Positions 50,922 to 60,925 of a DNA stretch of 64,000 nucleotides are shown piece by piece. Every line of letters starts with the position of its first letter. Position 1 is the stretch's first letter. Under the pieces are notes generated by a model that saw nothing but the letters and a program-made list of their open reading frames with translations, was not told the DNA's origin and did no database searches. The translations under genes and the position numbers were made by a program. Origin of the DNA: a candidate division WWE3 bacterium (GTDB lineage Bacteria > Patescibacteriota > 4484-211 > GCA-002791395). The DNA is taken from contig JAAXWF010000001.1 of NCBI GenBank assembly GCA_013335095.1, forward strand, positions 150,797 to 214,796, in the 5' to 3' direction.

Positions 50922-51712
50922 ATAATTAACGTTAACACGACAATAACAGCAAGAACAACCCGATAAATAGCAAACGGCTTAAAAGTCAATTTTGATATCA
51001 ATTTCAAAAAATAATGTATGGTTGCAAGAGCAACAGCCAGTGTTGTTAATGTTGCAATCCCCAGAATATTCCAATTAATAGTTGGATCAGCTAGTACCTC
51101 AGGTAATTGTAATAACCCAGCCCCCATAGATATCGGAACACCAAGCATAAACGAAAAACGAGCGGCTTGTTCACGAGTTAGTCGCCTAATCATGCCAGTA
51201 CTCATGGTAATACCAGACCGAGACGTTCCTGGAATCAGTGCAAATACTTGAGATAAACCGATAATTACTGCATCGCGCCATCCTAGGATAAATATATCGT
51301 GCTTTTTCTTTTTCGTTTCGGTATGTTTGACCTGTGTGTAATTAGCTTCAACCCACCACATTAATCCGGCAACGACAACAAGCATAACCGCAACAACCCA
51401 AGCCGATCTAAAAAAGCTCTCAATGGCATCGCCGAATAATACCCCGACAAGTGCTGCCGGAAGTGCTGCGGCGATCAGTTTCTTTAACGATGAATCGTTT
51501 TTCCAATTACGTACTAAAGATATCCAATCGTCATAAAAATAAATAATAATAGCAGTAGCGCTCGCTAAATGGAGGAATGCATCGACCGCTAAACCTTGAT
51601 CCATTGGTGCAACAAATTTCGCCAACAATAACAGATGCCCTGAAGAAGAGATTGGCAAAAATTCACTAACTCCCTGAACAATTCCGAGAAGCATTGCATA
51701 CCACCATTCCAT
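50918..51712 (-). CDS. uppP: Undecaprenyl-diphosphate phosphatase
   Basis: QGVSEFLPISSSGHL, PGTSRSGIT, AARFSF, FAIYR. Confidence 0.96.
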   Translation of the reverse strand: MEWWYAMLLGIVQGVSEFLPISSSGHLLLLAKFVAPMDQGLAVDAFLHLASATAIIIYFYDDWISLVRNWKNDSSLKKLIAAALPAALVGVLFGDAIESFFRSAWVVAVMLVVVAGLMWWVEANYTQVKHTETKKKKHDIFILGWRDAVIIGLSQVFALIPGTSRSGITMSTGMIRRLTREQAARFSFMLGVPISMGAGLLQLPEVLADPTINWNILGIATLTTLAVALATIHYFLKLISKLTFKPFAIYRVVLAVIVVLTLII

Positions 51713-51715
51713 AAT

Positions 51716-52996
51716 TTATCCTTTCCGGATCACATCCTTCCCCACATATTCTCTAAGAACTTCTGGCACACAGATCGAACCGTCCTCTTGTTGAAATGCG
51801 TCTATAATAGCGGCGATAGGGCGTGTATTAGTTATAGCTGTTGCCGATATTGTATGAGGATAATCCAATGAACCATCTGTTTTACGATACCTAATATTCA
51901 ATCTTCGAGTATGATATGACGCCAAATCTGAGTTTGAATGAGTTTCCATCCAGGTTTGTTGACTTGGTAACCATACTTCAAGGTCAAATTTACGATGAGT
52001 AGCAAGGCCGACATCTCCGGTGCACATTTCTAGAATATGATACGTCAGACCTAATTCTTGAAGTATTTCTTCTTCTACGGCTAAGGCTTCTTGCATATAC
52101 TCTTGTGACGTTTCTGGAGTGGTGAAATAAATCATCTCGACCTTGTCGAATTGATGAACACGTTTAATTCCTTGCACATCTTTCCCCCAAGAACCCGCCT
52201 CAGAACGAAAACAGGTTGAAACGCCGCCGTACCGGATTGGCAAATCTTTCTCGGATAAGATCTCATCCATGTGGTACGACACCAAGGCTTGTTCCGACGT
52301 ACCCGCCAGGTAATGGCGTTGACCATCCTCCACCTTTTCTCCTTGTTGCAGTTCGTAGATTTGAGATTCCTCGGCAGGGAAGTATCCCGTCCCATACAGA
52401 GGTCGATACTTTAATACAACGGGAGGAATCATTAATTGGAATCCTCGACTAATTAACTTTTTAATCGCAATATTCATCAGGCCCCAGTGCATCAAAGCAG
52501 CCTCATTTTTCAAAAAATAGAATCGAGAACCCGCAACATCCCCACTCTTTTTGGTATCAAATAAATTTAATGACTCACCAATTTCTGCGTGAGATTTAGC
52601 ATCAAATGGAAGTTTGTTTTTTTCGCCAAACAGCTTTATTTCTTTATTACCAATATCATCCGAGCCATCGGGCATTGCAGGATGTGGAAAATTAGGAAAC
52701 CAATCCATATGCCACTGCCATTTTTCACTAACTTCGTCTAACTGAGATTCTAATGACTTTAACTCTTCTTTAATCTTTCTTCCTCCTTCAATCACCGACG
52801 GATCCGGTTGGCCTTTTACATCTGCAATCTTATTCCTTTTAGCTCTTAGGTCATCAACCGTACGAATCAAGGCATTGCGTTTGGTGTCGGTATCTAAAAA
52901 CGCATCGACATCAAACTGATCACCCGCAAGATGACGCCGACGTATGTTTTCTTTTAATGACTCTGGATTGTTACGAATAATGTCTGGATTTAACAT
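51716..52996 (-). CDS. serS: Seryl-tRNA synthetase
   Basis: N-terminal coiled coil, GSRFYFL, LAGTSE, CFRSEAG, RVHQFDKVE, DLEVWLP. Confidence 0.96.
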   Translation of the reverse strand: MLNPDIIRNNPESLKENIRRRHLAGDQFDVDAFLDTDTKRNALIRTVDDLRAKRNKIADVKGQPDPSVIEGGRKIKEELKSLESQLDEVSEKWQWHMDWFPNFPHPAMPDGSDDIGNKEIKLFGEKNKLPFDAKSHAEIGESLNLFDTKKSGDVAGSRFYFLKNEAALMHWGLMNIAIKKLISRGFQLMIPPVVLKYRPLYGTGYFPAEESQIYELQQGEKVEDGQRHYLAGTSEQALVSYHMDEILSEKDLPIRYGGVSTCFRSEAGSWGKDVQGIKRVHQFDKVEMIYFTTPETSQEYMQEALAVEEEILQELGLTYHILEMCTGDVGLATHRKFDLEVWLPSQQTWMETHSNSDLASYHTRRLNIRYRKTDGSLDYPHTISATAITNTRPIAAIIDAFQQEDGSICVPEVLREYVGKDVIRKG

Positions 52997-53012
52997 AAAA
53001 CCTCATGGGACG

Positions 53013-53765
53013 TTACACCTGGCTCGAAGAGCCAACTGCCTCAAGAATATATATCTTAATGAACATAAACACAATACCTACCGCAAGTAAGATGCCAAAA
53101 AGAGGAGCCCTGGTAACAATCCACCCGTACCAACTCCCCACAACTGATAAAGCGAGCAGGCCATTCGCAAGATTTATCGCGAATGCACGGAAATAAAAAA
53201 GAAAGCGGTTGAATCCCTTTAGGGCGCTCACCGAATATACTTCTTGTAGCAGTAAATTAACTTCTGGCCAGGATTGAGCCTCGACTACTATACCTAATGC
53301 AAAACTTTCATCAGTCGATTGTAACTGTACGTTTTCGGGATCATAGAATGGAGGCGCGACATAATAGTTTTTAATTGCCCGAACAATATAATTCCCGGGT
53401 TTAACATCAAAGCCATATTGCCCTAATCGATTTGAAAAAGTAGTTTTTAATTTCTTTTTGGTATTCGGATCCAGTAACTCAACTGCAGCAAGTGGAATAA
53501 CTTGGTCCGATCGACTATCCATACAACGCCCCCAAATCGGCCGAACGCGGCGTAGCCGAATCCCCGCTAAAAACTCTCCGATTAAAAATTGTGGCAACTC
53601 CCAGTAGTATTTTAATGGTAATCGGATCTCAACTAATAGTACGGCGAAGCCAAAAGCTAAACCGACAAAGACCAAACGTAGGAGATAATTATTAATAAAA
53701 TTGATAACTTCCGGAGTTTCTTGCAACACCTGGAGCCGATCAAGCCATTGATACAAAACATCCAT
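53013..53765 (-). CDS. Membrane protein with carboxypeptidase-regulatory-like (Cna-B/prealbumin-fold) domain (start revised)
   Basis: WGR..DS....IPLA.V.L....T.SN..GQY.F.V.PG.Y between TM segments. Confidence 0.7.
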   Translation of the reverse strand: MDVLYQWLDRLQVLQETPEVINFINNYLLRLVFVGLAFGFAVLLVEIRLPLKYYWELPQFLIGEFLAGIRLRRVRPIWGRCMDSRSDQVIPLAAVELLDPNTKKKLKTTFSNRLGQYGFDVKPGNYIVRAIKNYYVAPPFYDPENVQLQSTDESFALGIVVEAQSWPEVNLLLQEVYSVSALKGFNRFLFYFRAFAINLANGLLALSVVGSWYGWIVTRAPLFGILLAVGIVFMFIKIYILEAVGSSSQV

Positions 53766-53851
53766 AGTACATGATAATGATAGCACAGACCGCAGCAAAT
53801 GCGAACAAAAAGTGTGATTTTCTACCGTCGCTGTAATATAATCACATCAAG

Positions 53852-55372
53852 ATGTCAACATTAGTAGAATTACGGGCTGAACGGCTAAAAAAAATCGAAC
53901 GGATGCGCACAATGGGAATTAACCCGTACCCATCTACTGCCCGAAAAGAGTATACAAACAATCAAATCCGAGCCCAGTTTGAACAGCTCGAAGAAAAAGA
54001 AGTTACGATAGCAGGGCGAATAATGTCTTGGCGAGAGCACGGACAACTTATATTTGCAGATATTCAAGATGAATCTGGTACGCTCCAACTTTATATTCGA
54101 AAAGATGCGATTTCGGAGACAGATCCGGTAAACAATCAATTAGGTTTTGAAGATCTTAATCTGATCGACATTGGTGATTTTGTTGAATGTACCGGTAAAG
54201 TAACTAAAACAAGACGCGGAGAGATTTCCATTCTTGTCACCCTGTTTAGAATACTAACCAAAAGCATTCGTCCTCTACCTGAAAAATGGGATGGATTATC
54301 GGACCAAGAAACTATCTATCGACGACGATATCTGGACCTCACGATGAATACTCAGCGGCGAGAAATGTTTCAACGCAAAGCTAAATTCTGGAAAGTAAAT
54401 CGTGACTTTATGGCTGCAAATGGATTTTTGGAGGTCGAAACACCGATATTGGAACATGTTACCGGAGGCGCTGATGCCCAGCCATTTATTACTCACCATA
54501 ATGCCCTTGATCAAAACTTCTATCTTCGGATATCTCCCGAACTCGCATTAAAAAGATTGATTGGCGGAGGTTTTGAAAAAGTCTTTGTTTTGGGCCCTAA
54601 TTTTCGCAATGAAGGGATTGATGACGAACATCTGCAAGAGTATTACGCAATTGAGTGGTATTGGGCCTATGCAGATTACAAACAAAATATGGACTTAGTG
54701 TCGAGAATGTTCCGCTATATGGCCCAAGAGGTCTGGGGGACAACAAAATTTACCAAAAATAATCTAGCATTTGATTTGGCCGATGAATGGAAAGCAATCG
54801 ATTACGTCGAAATTATCAAAGAGCGGCATGGAATCGATATATTCACTGATTCAGACGATAAAATGAAACAAGCACTAAAACAACACAAGGTCCATCTGGA
54901 TGGAACCGCTACACGTAATCGATTAGTCGATAATCTTTGGAAGGTGATTCGTAAAGAAATAGCTGGTCCAGCATTTCTTATTAATGAACCTAAATTTATG
55001 TCACCACTGGCTAAATCGAAACCAGAGCAACCCGAGCTAACTGAACGTTTCCATGTAATATTGGCAGGAAGCGAGATTGGGAATGGCTATTCGGAATTGA
55101 ACGATCCAATAGACCAGTTTGAACGCTTTCAGGAACAACAAGCCGCGCGGGATGCGGGTGACCAGGAGTCACAGATGATGGATATAGATTATGTAGAGAT
55201 GCTTGAGTACGGTATGCCCCCGTGTTCTGGATATGCACATAGTGAGCGAGCATTTTGGTTTTTGGAAGGAGTGTCGGCACGGGCAGGTATATTGTTCCCT
55301 CAACTCAAACACCATATTTCTGACCAAACAAAAGAGATCTATCAGTTAGATTATTCAACACCAAACAAATGA
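53852..55372 (+). CDS. lysS: Lysyl-tRNA synthetase (class II)
   Basis: GINPYP, AGRIMS.R.HG, RRRYLDL, GGADAQPF.THHN, LRISPEL.LKRL..GG, FRNEG, NGYSELNDP. Confidence 0.97.
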   Translation: MSTLVELRAERLKKIERMRTMGINPYPSTARKEYTNNQIRAQFEQLEEKEVTIAGRIMSWREHGQLIFADIQDESGTLQLYIRKDAISETDPVNNQLGFEDLNLIDIGDFVECTGKVTKTRRGEISILVTLFRILTKSIRPLPEKWDGLSDQETIYRRRYLDLTMNTQRREMFQRKAKFWKVNRDFMAANGFLEVETPILEHVTGGADAQPFITHHNALDQNFYLRISPELALKRLIGGGFEKVFVLGPNFRNEGIDDEHLQEYYAIEWYWAYADYKQNMDLVSRMFRYMAQEVWGTTKFTKNNLAFDLADEWKAIDYVEIIKERHGIDIFTDSDDKMKQALKQHKVHLDGTATRNRLVDNLWKVIRKEIAGPAFLINEPKFMSPLAKSKPEQPELTERFHVILAGSEIGNGYSELNDPIDQFERFQEQQAARDAGDQESQMMDIDYVEMLEYGMPPCSGYAHSERAFWFLEGVSARAGILFPQLKHHISDQTKEIYQLDYSTPNK

Positions 55373-55626
55373 ATAACTCCGAACGATTGATTAAAATCCA
55401 CATGATTGATGGAAGCGTATTGTCGACACATATTACCCATGAAGAGTCATTAAAAAAACTCGTCGAACATATACGAGAATGGATGACAAAAGAGGAACCA
55501 TTTATACTCCCCTCGCCTGAAACGGCTGAACACCATGTTCATATTGTTCGCCCCTCAGCTATTACATATATAACAATCGAACAACAAGGTATTGATTTCG
55601 CAATGCTTGAAAAACAAGACTCCTAA
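55369..55626 (+). CDS. Small hypothetical protein (possible Sm/SH3-like beta fold)
   Basis: ATGA-type overlap with the lysS 3' end; IHMIDGS...IVRPSAITYI. Confidence 0.6.
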   Translation: MNNSERLIKIHMIDGSVLSTHITHEESLKKLVEHIREWMTKEEPFILPSPETAEHHVHIVRPSAITYITIEQQGIDFAMLEKQDS

Positions 55627-55639
55627 AGCGTGGAACTTC

Positions 55640-56113
55640 CTAAGATATAGAAACAATACGATATTCAACAGAACCGGCAGGGACAGAAATTTGAACAATT
55701 TCCCCAACACGTTTACCGATCAACGACTGCCCAAGTGGAGATGCCGCACTAATCTTATTTTGGGTGATATCGACTTCGTGTTCTCCTACAATGGTAAATT
55801 CTTTATGTCCGTCACTAATTTGCAGCTTTACCACCGAACCAAGCTGAACTTCACCAATGGTCTTATCGGGTTGCTCCACGACCATTGCATTTTTTAAGAT
55901 ATGCTCAAGCTCATCTATACGTCCCTGGATTAGTGCCTGTTTATGGCGAGCCGCATGATAGGCTTCATTTTCACGTAGATCACCCATTTGTCGAGCCTCG
56001 TCAATATCACGAATAATTGCAGGTCGATCGACATGTACCAGCTGTTCAAATTCAGCCTTCAACATATCAAATCCAGTTTTAGTTATTGCTATTTGTTGTT
56101 TTTCGATTACCAT
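55640..56113 (-). CDS. greA: Transcription elongation factor GreA
   Basis: GDLRENEAYHAAR, IVG..E, IS..SPLG.SLIGK. Confidence 0.96.
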   Translation of the reverse strand: MVIEKQQIAITKTGFDMLKAEFEQLVHVDRPAIIRDIDEARQMGDLRENEAYHAARHKQALIQGRIDELEHILKNAMVVEQPDKTIGEVQLGSVVKLQISDGHKEFTIVGEHEVDITQNKISAASPLGQSLIGKRVGEIVQISVPAGSVEYRIVSIS

Positions 56114-56192
56114 AATATCCCTTAAAACAGTTCCTGTAATATTAAGAAACCTCTAATTAATAAATTGGAAGGTCCACTCAATTAAGTTGTAT

Positions 56193-56221
56193 ATTATATG
56201 TACGGCTCGGCCCACCGTCAA
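56193..56221 (-). promoter_or_regulatory. Consensus sigma70 promoter of greA
   Basis: TTGACG, 17 bp spacer, TATAAT; about 75 nt leader. Confidence 0.85.
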
Positions 56222-56231
56222 GTCACACCCA

Positions 56232-57254
56232 TTACACACTAGCCTTTGCCCGCTGCCATTCACGATAGATGATTAATAAGATAGCCGTTACCGGCACAGC
56301 GATCAATGAGCCCATGACACCAGCGAGCCGGCCTCCAATCAATAATGAAACTATGACAAGAAGAGGATCTAGCCCAACCGCATGTTTCATAACACGAGGT
56401 ACAATAATGTGATTTTCAGATTGTTGAATGAGAATATACAAGCCAGCAACAGTAGCCGCAAGGATTGGTGAATAGGCAAGAGCAATTAATAAAGCGGGAA
56501 ATACCGATATAATAGGTCCGATAATCGGAACAATTTCAAGACAACCAGCGATAATAGCCAGAGGCATTGGGAACGGCATTCCGATCGCAACCAGACCCAA
56601 ATAGGTAATGCCGCCGATAATAAACATCAAGAGTAATTGTCCCCTTAGCCAGGCACCGAGTTTAAAGTCAACCTGCTCAAGAATCGTTCGTAACTCTTTT
56701 TTATCCTGATACGGGATGAATCGCACCAAACTGCGCCTGACAGATTCCCGCTCCATCGTTAGATAAAAAGCAAAAACCATCACCATAATTACATCCAACA
56801 CACGCCCAAATACCCCTAAACTAATACGAATGATACTGGCAGGGGCATTTGTTAAGCCGACCGATAAACTTTGAACAAAATCTCGTAAGTAGGATTGTAA
56901 GGTAGACTCATCGACGTAATGGGTTATTTTAATACTTTCTAAAGATCGCCGAATAAATTCAGGTAGTGCAAATAAGAATGATTGCATCTGAGTTATTAAT
57001 GGCGGTAAAGATATTGCGGTAAAAAATCCAATAATCGAAAATACAAGAAGATAAATACCGAGTATGCCCAAACCTCTCGGTACCCCACGCTTTTCCAAAC
57101 GTATAACCAAAGGACTAACCGAAGCCATGATTATATAGGCGACAAATAATAAGAATAATATGTCATAAATTAAAAATGCTAGAGCAAACAGGATAATAAA
57201 TACGATTAATCGAAACACGAACCGGGTGTTAATCTCGATATGAGCTTGTGCCAT
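56232..57254 (-). CDS. AI-2E (PerM) family transporter
   Basis: WLRGQL, IVPIIGP, QQSENHII.P, G.LIAVP. Confidence 0.92.
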   Translation of the reverse strand: MAQAHIEINTRFVFRLIVFIILFALAFLIYDILFLLFVAYIIMASVSPLVIRLEKRGVPRGLGILGIYLLVFSIIGFFTAISLPPLITQMQSFLFALPEFIRRSLESIKITHYVDESTLQSYLRDFVQSLSVGLTNAPASIIRISLGVFGRVLDVIMVMVFAFYLTMERESVRRSLVRFIPYQDKKELRTILEQVDFKLGAWLRGQLLLMFIIGGITYLGLVAIGMPFPMPLAIIAGCLEIVPIIGPIISVFPALLIALAYSPILAATVAGLYILIQQSENHIIVPRVMKHAVGLDPLLVIVSLLIGGRLAGVMGSLIAVPVTAILLIIYREWQRAKASV

Positions 57255-57280
57255 ATTTGTAATTGTACACTAATCAATAA

Positions 57281-58264
57281 TTATCGTAAGGTAGGGATAT
57301 TATCGTAAATACATTTAAATACTTCGTCATGATAAGTAGCAGAACTAACATCAAACCAATTAATTATTGACCGACGCTTGAACCACGTTAATTGCCTTCG
57401 AATATACTGATGCATTTGGCCCTTTATTATGTCGATTACTTGGGCTTGATTTATTTGACTTAACATATACTGAAAATAGGGTTGATAAATCATACTTTTT
57501 AGTAATGTAACAGTACCATTGAGCGAACGTAAGTATGTAACTTCATCTTTTAGATGCCGGCTTAATAGTAAAGAATCAACCCATGTATCTGCACGTGAAT
57601 AAAGATAATCTCGAGAGGCCGTTAATCCGACATATAAAACATTTAACATACCGATATCGATCTGATATTTGAGAGGCGACCAGCTGGTCGCATTTTCAAT
57701 CGAACCCGCTTTAGTAATCATTTCAAGATATCTAATTAAACGGGTTTTATTATTTTTTTCTGAATTACTCATCAAAGAAAAGGTTCTAGGATCACATTCT
57801 GCCAATCGTTGTTGCAAAGTATTTAATGATTGGCTACTGACCGAGCTCCTAAAAGATTGATCGGGTTCGACCCGGCTAATCGGAGATATGCCGACGAAAG
57901 AATCAATGTAAAATCCGGTACCGCCCACAATCACGGGTAATCCGCCCCTATTCCATATTCTCTCTAAATGATTTAGAGAATCCTCGATAAATCGAGAGAC
58001 ATCATATGTTTGATTTGCCGCAATCACATCATAGTTATTGATCCGAACTCCCTCTTGAACCCAATGCCCGGTCTCTTTTTGAACGCTTTCGTTTTTTTTG
58101 AATGATAATTTATTGGTACCATAATCAACCCCTTGATAGACCTGACGAGAATCAGCAGAGATTATCTCACCTTTGACTTGATGTAACAAATTTATCGCAA
58201 GTTGTGTTTTTCCGGTACCGGTCGGTCCGCAAATTACCAGAACATTCCGTTTATTTATACTCAC
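57281..58264 (-). CDS. miaA: tRNA dimethylallyltransferase (start probably GTG 58264)
   Basis: GPTGTGKT, ISADSRQVY, VGGTGFY, RRQLTWF. Confidence 0.94.
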   Translation of the reverse strand: MSINKRNVLVICGPTGTGKTQLAINLLHQVKGEIISADSRQVYQGVDYGTNKLSFKKNESVQKETGHWVQEGVRINNYDVIAANQTYDVSRFIEDSLNHLERIWNRGGLPVIVGGTGFYIDSFVGISPISRVEPDQSFRSSVSSQSLNTLQQRLAECDPRTFSLMSNSEKNNKTRLIRYLEMITKAGSIENATSWSPLKYQIDIGMLNVLYVGLTASRDYLYSRADTWVDSLLLSRHLKDEVTYLRSLNGTVTLLKSMIYQPYFQYMLSQINQAQVIDIIKGQMHQYIRRQLTWFKRRSIINWFDVSSATYHDEVFKCIYDNIPTLR

Positions 58265-58294
58265 AGAAAAGCCCCCTATATGGGGGCTTTTCTG
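58264..58294 (-). terminator. Intrinsic terminator downstream of hup
   Basis: Perfect 13-bp inverted repeat CAGAAAAGCCCCC-tatat-GGGGGCTTTTCTG. Confidence 0.88.
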
Positions 58295-58320
58295 CAAGCG
58301 TAAATGCTCTAAATAAAACC

Positions 58321-58593
58321 TTACTTTACTGCATCTTTCAGAGCTGAGCCAGCGCGAAAAGCTGGAGTCTTTTGCTCAGGAATATGGATAGGTTCTCCAG
58401 TTTGTGGGTTACGTCCCATTCGAGCTGCACGTCGGCGAACTAAAAAGGTACCAAAACCTGTTAACGTTACTTTTCCACCTTGAGAAAGTTGCTCAGAAAT
58501 AATATCGAGTAAAGCATTCAATGCGTCATCAGCTGCTCGCTTAGTCAAGTCTGCACGTTCAGCTAATTCTTGGATTAAATCTGTTTTCGTCAC
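58321..58593 (-). CDS. hup: DNA-binding protein HU
   Basis: GFGTF, AARMGRNPQTGE, PAFRAG..LK; strong SD GGGAGGTGA. Confidence 0.97.
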   Translation of the reverse strand: MTKTDLIQELAERADLTKRAADDALNALLDIISEQLSQGGKVTLTGFGTFLVRRRAARMGRNPQTGEPIHIPEQKTPAFRAGSALKDAVK

Positions 58594-58669
58594 GATACAT
58601 TCACCTCCCTTCAGTAATAATGAAATTACGAATACACATTTAAAAAACTTGATACATCAACCCATTCCG

Positions 58670-58698
58670 AGGGTATCACCGATTGCCTTTCATGTCAA
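58670..58698 (-). promoter_or_regulatory. sigma70 promoter of hup
   Basis: TTGACA, 17 bp spacer, TACCCT with extended TG. Confidence 0.7.
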
Positions 58699-59489
58699 GG
58701 TATTATGCGATCCACCCGCGCAAAGGTTGATATAGAGCCATCATTTTTCACTTCTACAAGCACTGCATTAAAAACCTTGGCACCTTGATATTCCCATTCA
58801 AATCGACGAGGTTGAGGATCAATAAAACGCTGGATAATAATCTCCTTTTTTACACCAAGAACGGAATCGCGATTTCCAACCATGCCTAAATCACTCACAT
58901 AAAAAGTACCGTTTGGTAATGTTTGTAAATCGGCTGTCGGAACATGAGTATGTGATCCCCACATAACGTGAATTCGACCATCAATATAAAATCCCATCGC
59001 TCTTTTCTCACTCGTCATTTCGGCATGAAAATCTAACAAAATAATAGAGTTTAAATCTTTAATAGAATCTAAGAATTGATCAATCTTTTTGAACGGGTTA
59101 TCCACAGAAGGCGTTAGCCCTTCGACGCCCTGCAAGTTTGCCAACGTTATTTTATTGCCTTTGACTTCAAAAGTTAACCAGCCAAACCCACTTGTGGATT
59201 CGGGATAGTTCATAGGTCGAACGATTCCATTATCGGAGTTAGCTAATACATCCTCCCAACCGGGACGCGAAAAGACATGATTACCACTGGTAAAATAATC
59301 GACTCCAACATTCATCATCTCAATAAGACGATCCTCGGAGACTCCCTTACCACCTACTAAGTTTTCTGCATTAGCAATCACGACATCAATCTCTAATTCT
59401 TTTTTTAGCTTAGGGAGTATATATTCAACAGCCTGACGTCCAGGTTTTGCTACGATATCACCAATGAGGAGAAAACGAATAGTATCCAT
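58695..59489 (-). CDS. ymdB: YmdB-family metallophosphoesterase (TIGR00282-like)
   Basis: GDIV, ANAEN, SGNH, DFHAE.TSEK, GSHTHVPTAD, DLGMVG; follows rny. Confidence 0.92.
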   Translation of the reverse strand: MDTIRFLLIGDIVAKPGRQAVEYILPKLKKELEIDVVIANAENLVGGKGVSEDRLIEMMNVGVDYFTSGNHVFSRPGWEDVLANSDNGIVRPMNYPESTSGFGWLTFEVKGNKITLANLQGVEGLTPSVDNPFKKIDQFLDSIKDLNSIILLDFHAEMTSEKRAMGFYIDGRIHVMWGSHTHVPTADLQTLPNGTFYVSDLGMVGNRDSVLGVKKEIIIQRFIDPQPRRFEWEYQGAKVFNAVLVEVKNDGSISTFARVDRIIP

Positions 59490-59517
59490 AATATTCAGGT
59501 AATATATTTTTTACTAC

Positions 59518-60918
59518 CTAACTATTTCGAGGCTTGGCAATTGCGGTAGCCTTGGTTTCACGAATCACGGTAACTTTAATCGGTGCCGGGAAATTGGCTA
59601 CTTGTTCATGTATGGTTCGAGAAATATCGTGGGCTAGTTTAACCATTTCGGCATCAGTAATTTCCGCGGGTTTAACTAATACACGAACCTCACGTCCAGC
59701 AGAAATAGCGAAACTTCGCTCGACGCCTTTGAATGAATTAGCAATTGATTCAAGCTCCTTTACGCGATTTACATACCCATCATAATCTTCTTTACGTGCA
59801 CCTGGTCGAGCACCCGAGATAGCATCGGCCAAATACATAACCACGGCTTCTATTGTTTGAAAATTATCAGTATGGTGTCCTTCAAAACCGACAACGACAG
59901 CTTCTTTTACACCATATCGGCGACAAATATCTGCCCCTGCTTCGGCATGGCCTTTCTCTGTTTCAGCAGTGACCGCTTTACCAATATCATGAAGTAAGCA
60001 CGCCTGTTTGACGATTTCGACATCTGCCCCGACTTCGGCAGCAATTAATGCACCAAGACGAACAACTTCAAGTGTATGTTCAATCATGTTCTGGCCATAT
60101 GAACTTCGGAATTTAAGACGACCAAGAAGCTGGATGATTTCTTGAGGTAGACCGGTAATTCCAGCTCGATATAATAAGTCCTCACCAGCTTCTTGCACAA
60201 TCTTAGCGACTTCATCTTCTGCTTGATCGACACACTCTTCGATGCGTGACGGTTGTATACGACCGTCTGCAACTAATTTTTCCATTGCCCGGCGCGCGAT
60301 CTCACGCTTAACCGGATCAAAACTTGATACCGTCACTGTGGGTTCTCCTTCTTCACCTATTTCAACACTTACTCCAGCCGCATCTTCAAATGCTTTAATG
60401 TTTCGTCCGTCTTTTCCAATAATACGGCCTTTCATTTCTTCATCAGGAAGATCGATTGTATAGGTGGTATATTCTGAGACGTTCTCGGTAGCGACGCGTT
60501 GCATAGCCGTTACTAATATTGTTCGGGCTCGACGATCTGATTCTGTTTTGACTTTTTCTTCATTATCCCGAACTCGTTTTGCATACTCATCGATAAGTTG
60601 CTTATCGATCAACTCTAATAGACGATCTTCAACCTCTTTTGCGCTCAATGTACCTGTTTTTTCTAGTGCCTGAATCTCTTGGTCTCGAAGGTCTGATAAT
60701 TCTTTAAGTCGATCTTGTAGTCGAATACGGATTTCCGCAATATCCTGCTCAACTTTGCGGGCATCATTCATATACTGATCGGCTTCCTCTTTAAGGTTAA
60801 TTGCCTGGGCCTTAGCCTCGATAACAAGCTCTTTTGCCGCGCTTTTTAACTCGGAAGCTGAACCAACTTCTTGATTGAAGGTTGCTAATAATGAGTCTAA
60901 TCTCGATATATCTGCCAT
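59518..60918 (-). CDS. rny: Ribonuclease Y
   Basis: Coiled coil, KH (MKGRIIGKDGRNI), HD (LLHDIGK), ADAISGARPGAR, AGREVRV. Confidence 0.95.
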   Translation of the reverse strand: MADISRLDSLLATFNQEVGSASELKSAAKELVIEAKAQAINLKEEADQYMNDARKVEQDIAEIRIRLQDRLKELSDLRDQEIQALEKTGTLSAKEVEDRLLELIDKQLIDEYAKRVRDNEEKVKTESDRRARTILVTAMQRVATENVSEYTTYTIDLPDEEMKGRIIGKDGRNIKAFEDAAGVSVEIGEEGEPTVTVSSFDPVKREIARRAMEKLVADGRIQPSRIEECVDQAEDEVAKIVQEAGEDLLYRAGITGLPQEIIQLLGRLKFRSSYGQNMIEHTLEVVRLGALIAAEVGADVEIVKQACLLHDIGKAVTAETEKGHAEAGADICRRYGVKEAVVVGFEGHHTDNFQTIEAVVMYLADAISGARPGARKEDYDGYVNRVKELESIANSFKGVERSFAISAGREVRVLVKPAEITDAEMVKLAHDISRTIHEQVANFPAPIKVTVIRETKATAIAKPRNS

Positions 60919-60925
60919 GTCGTGC

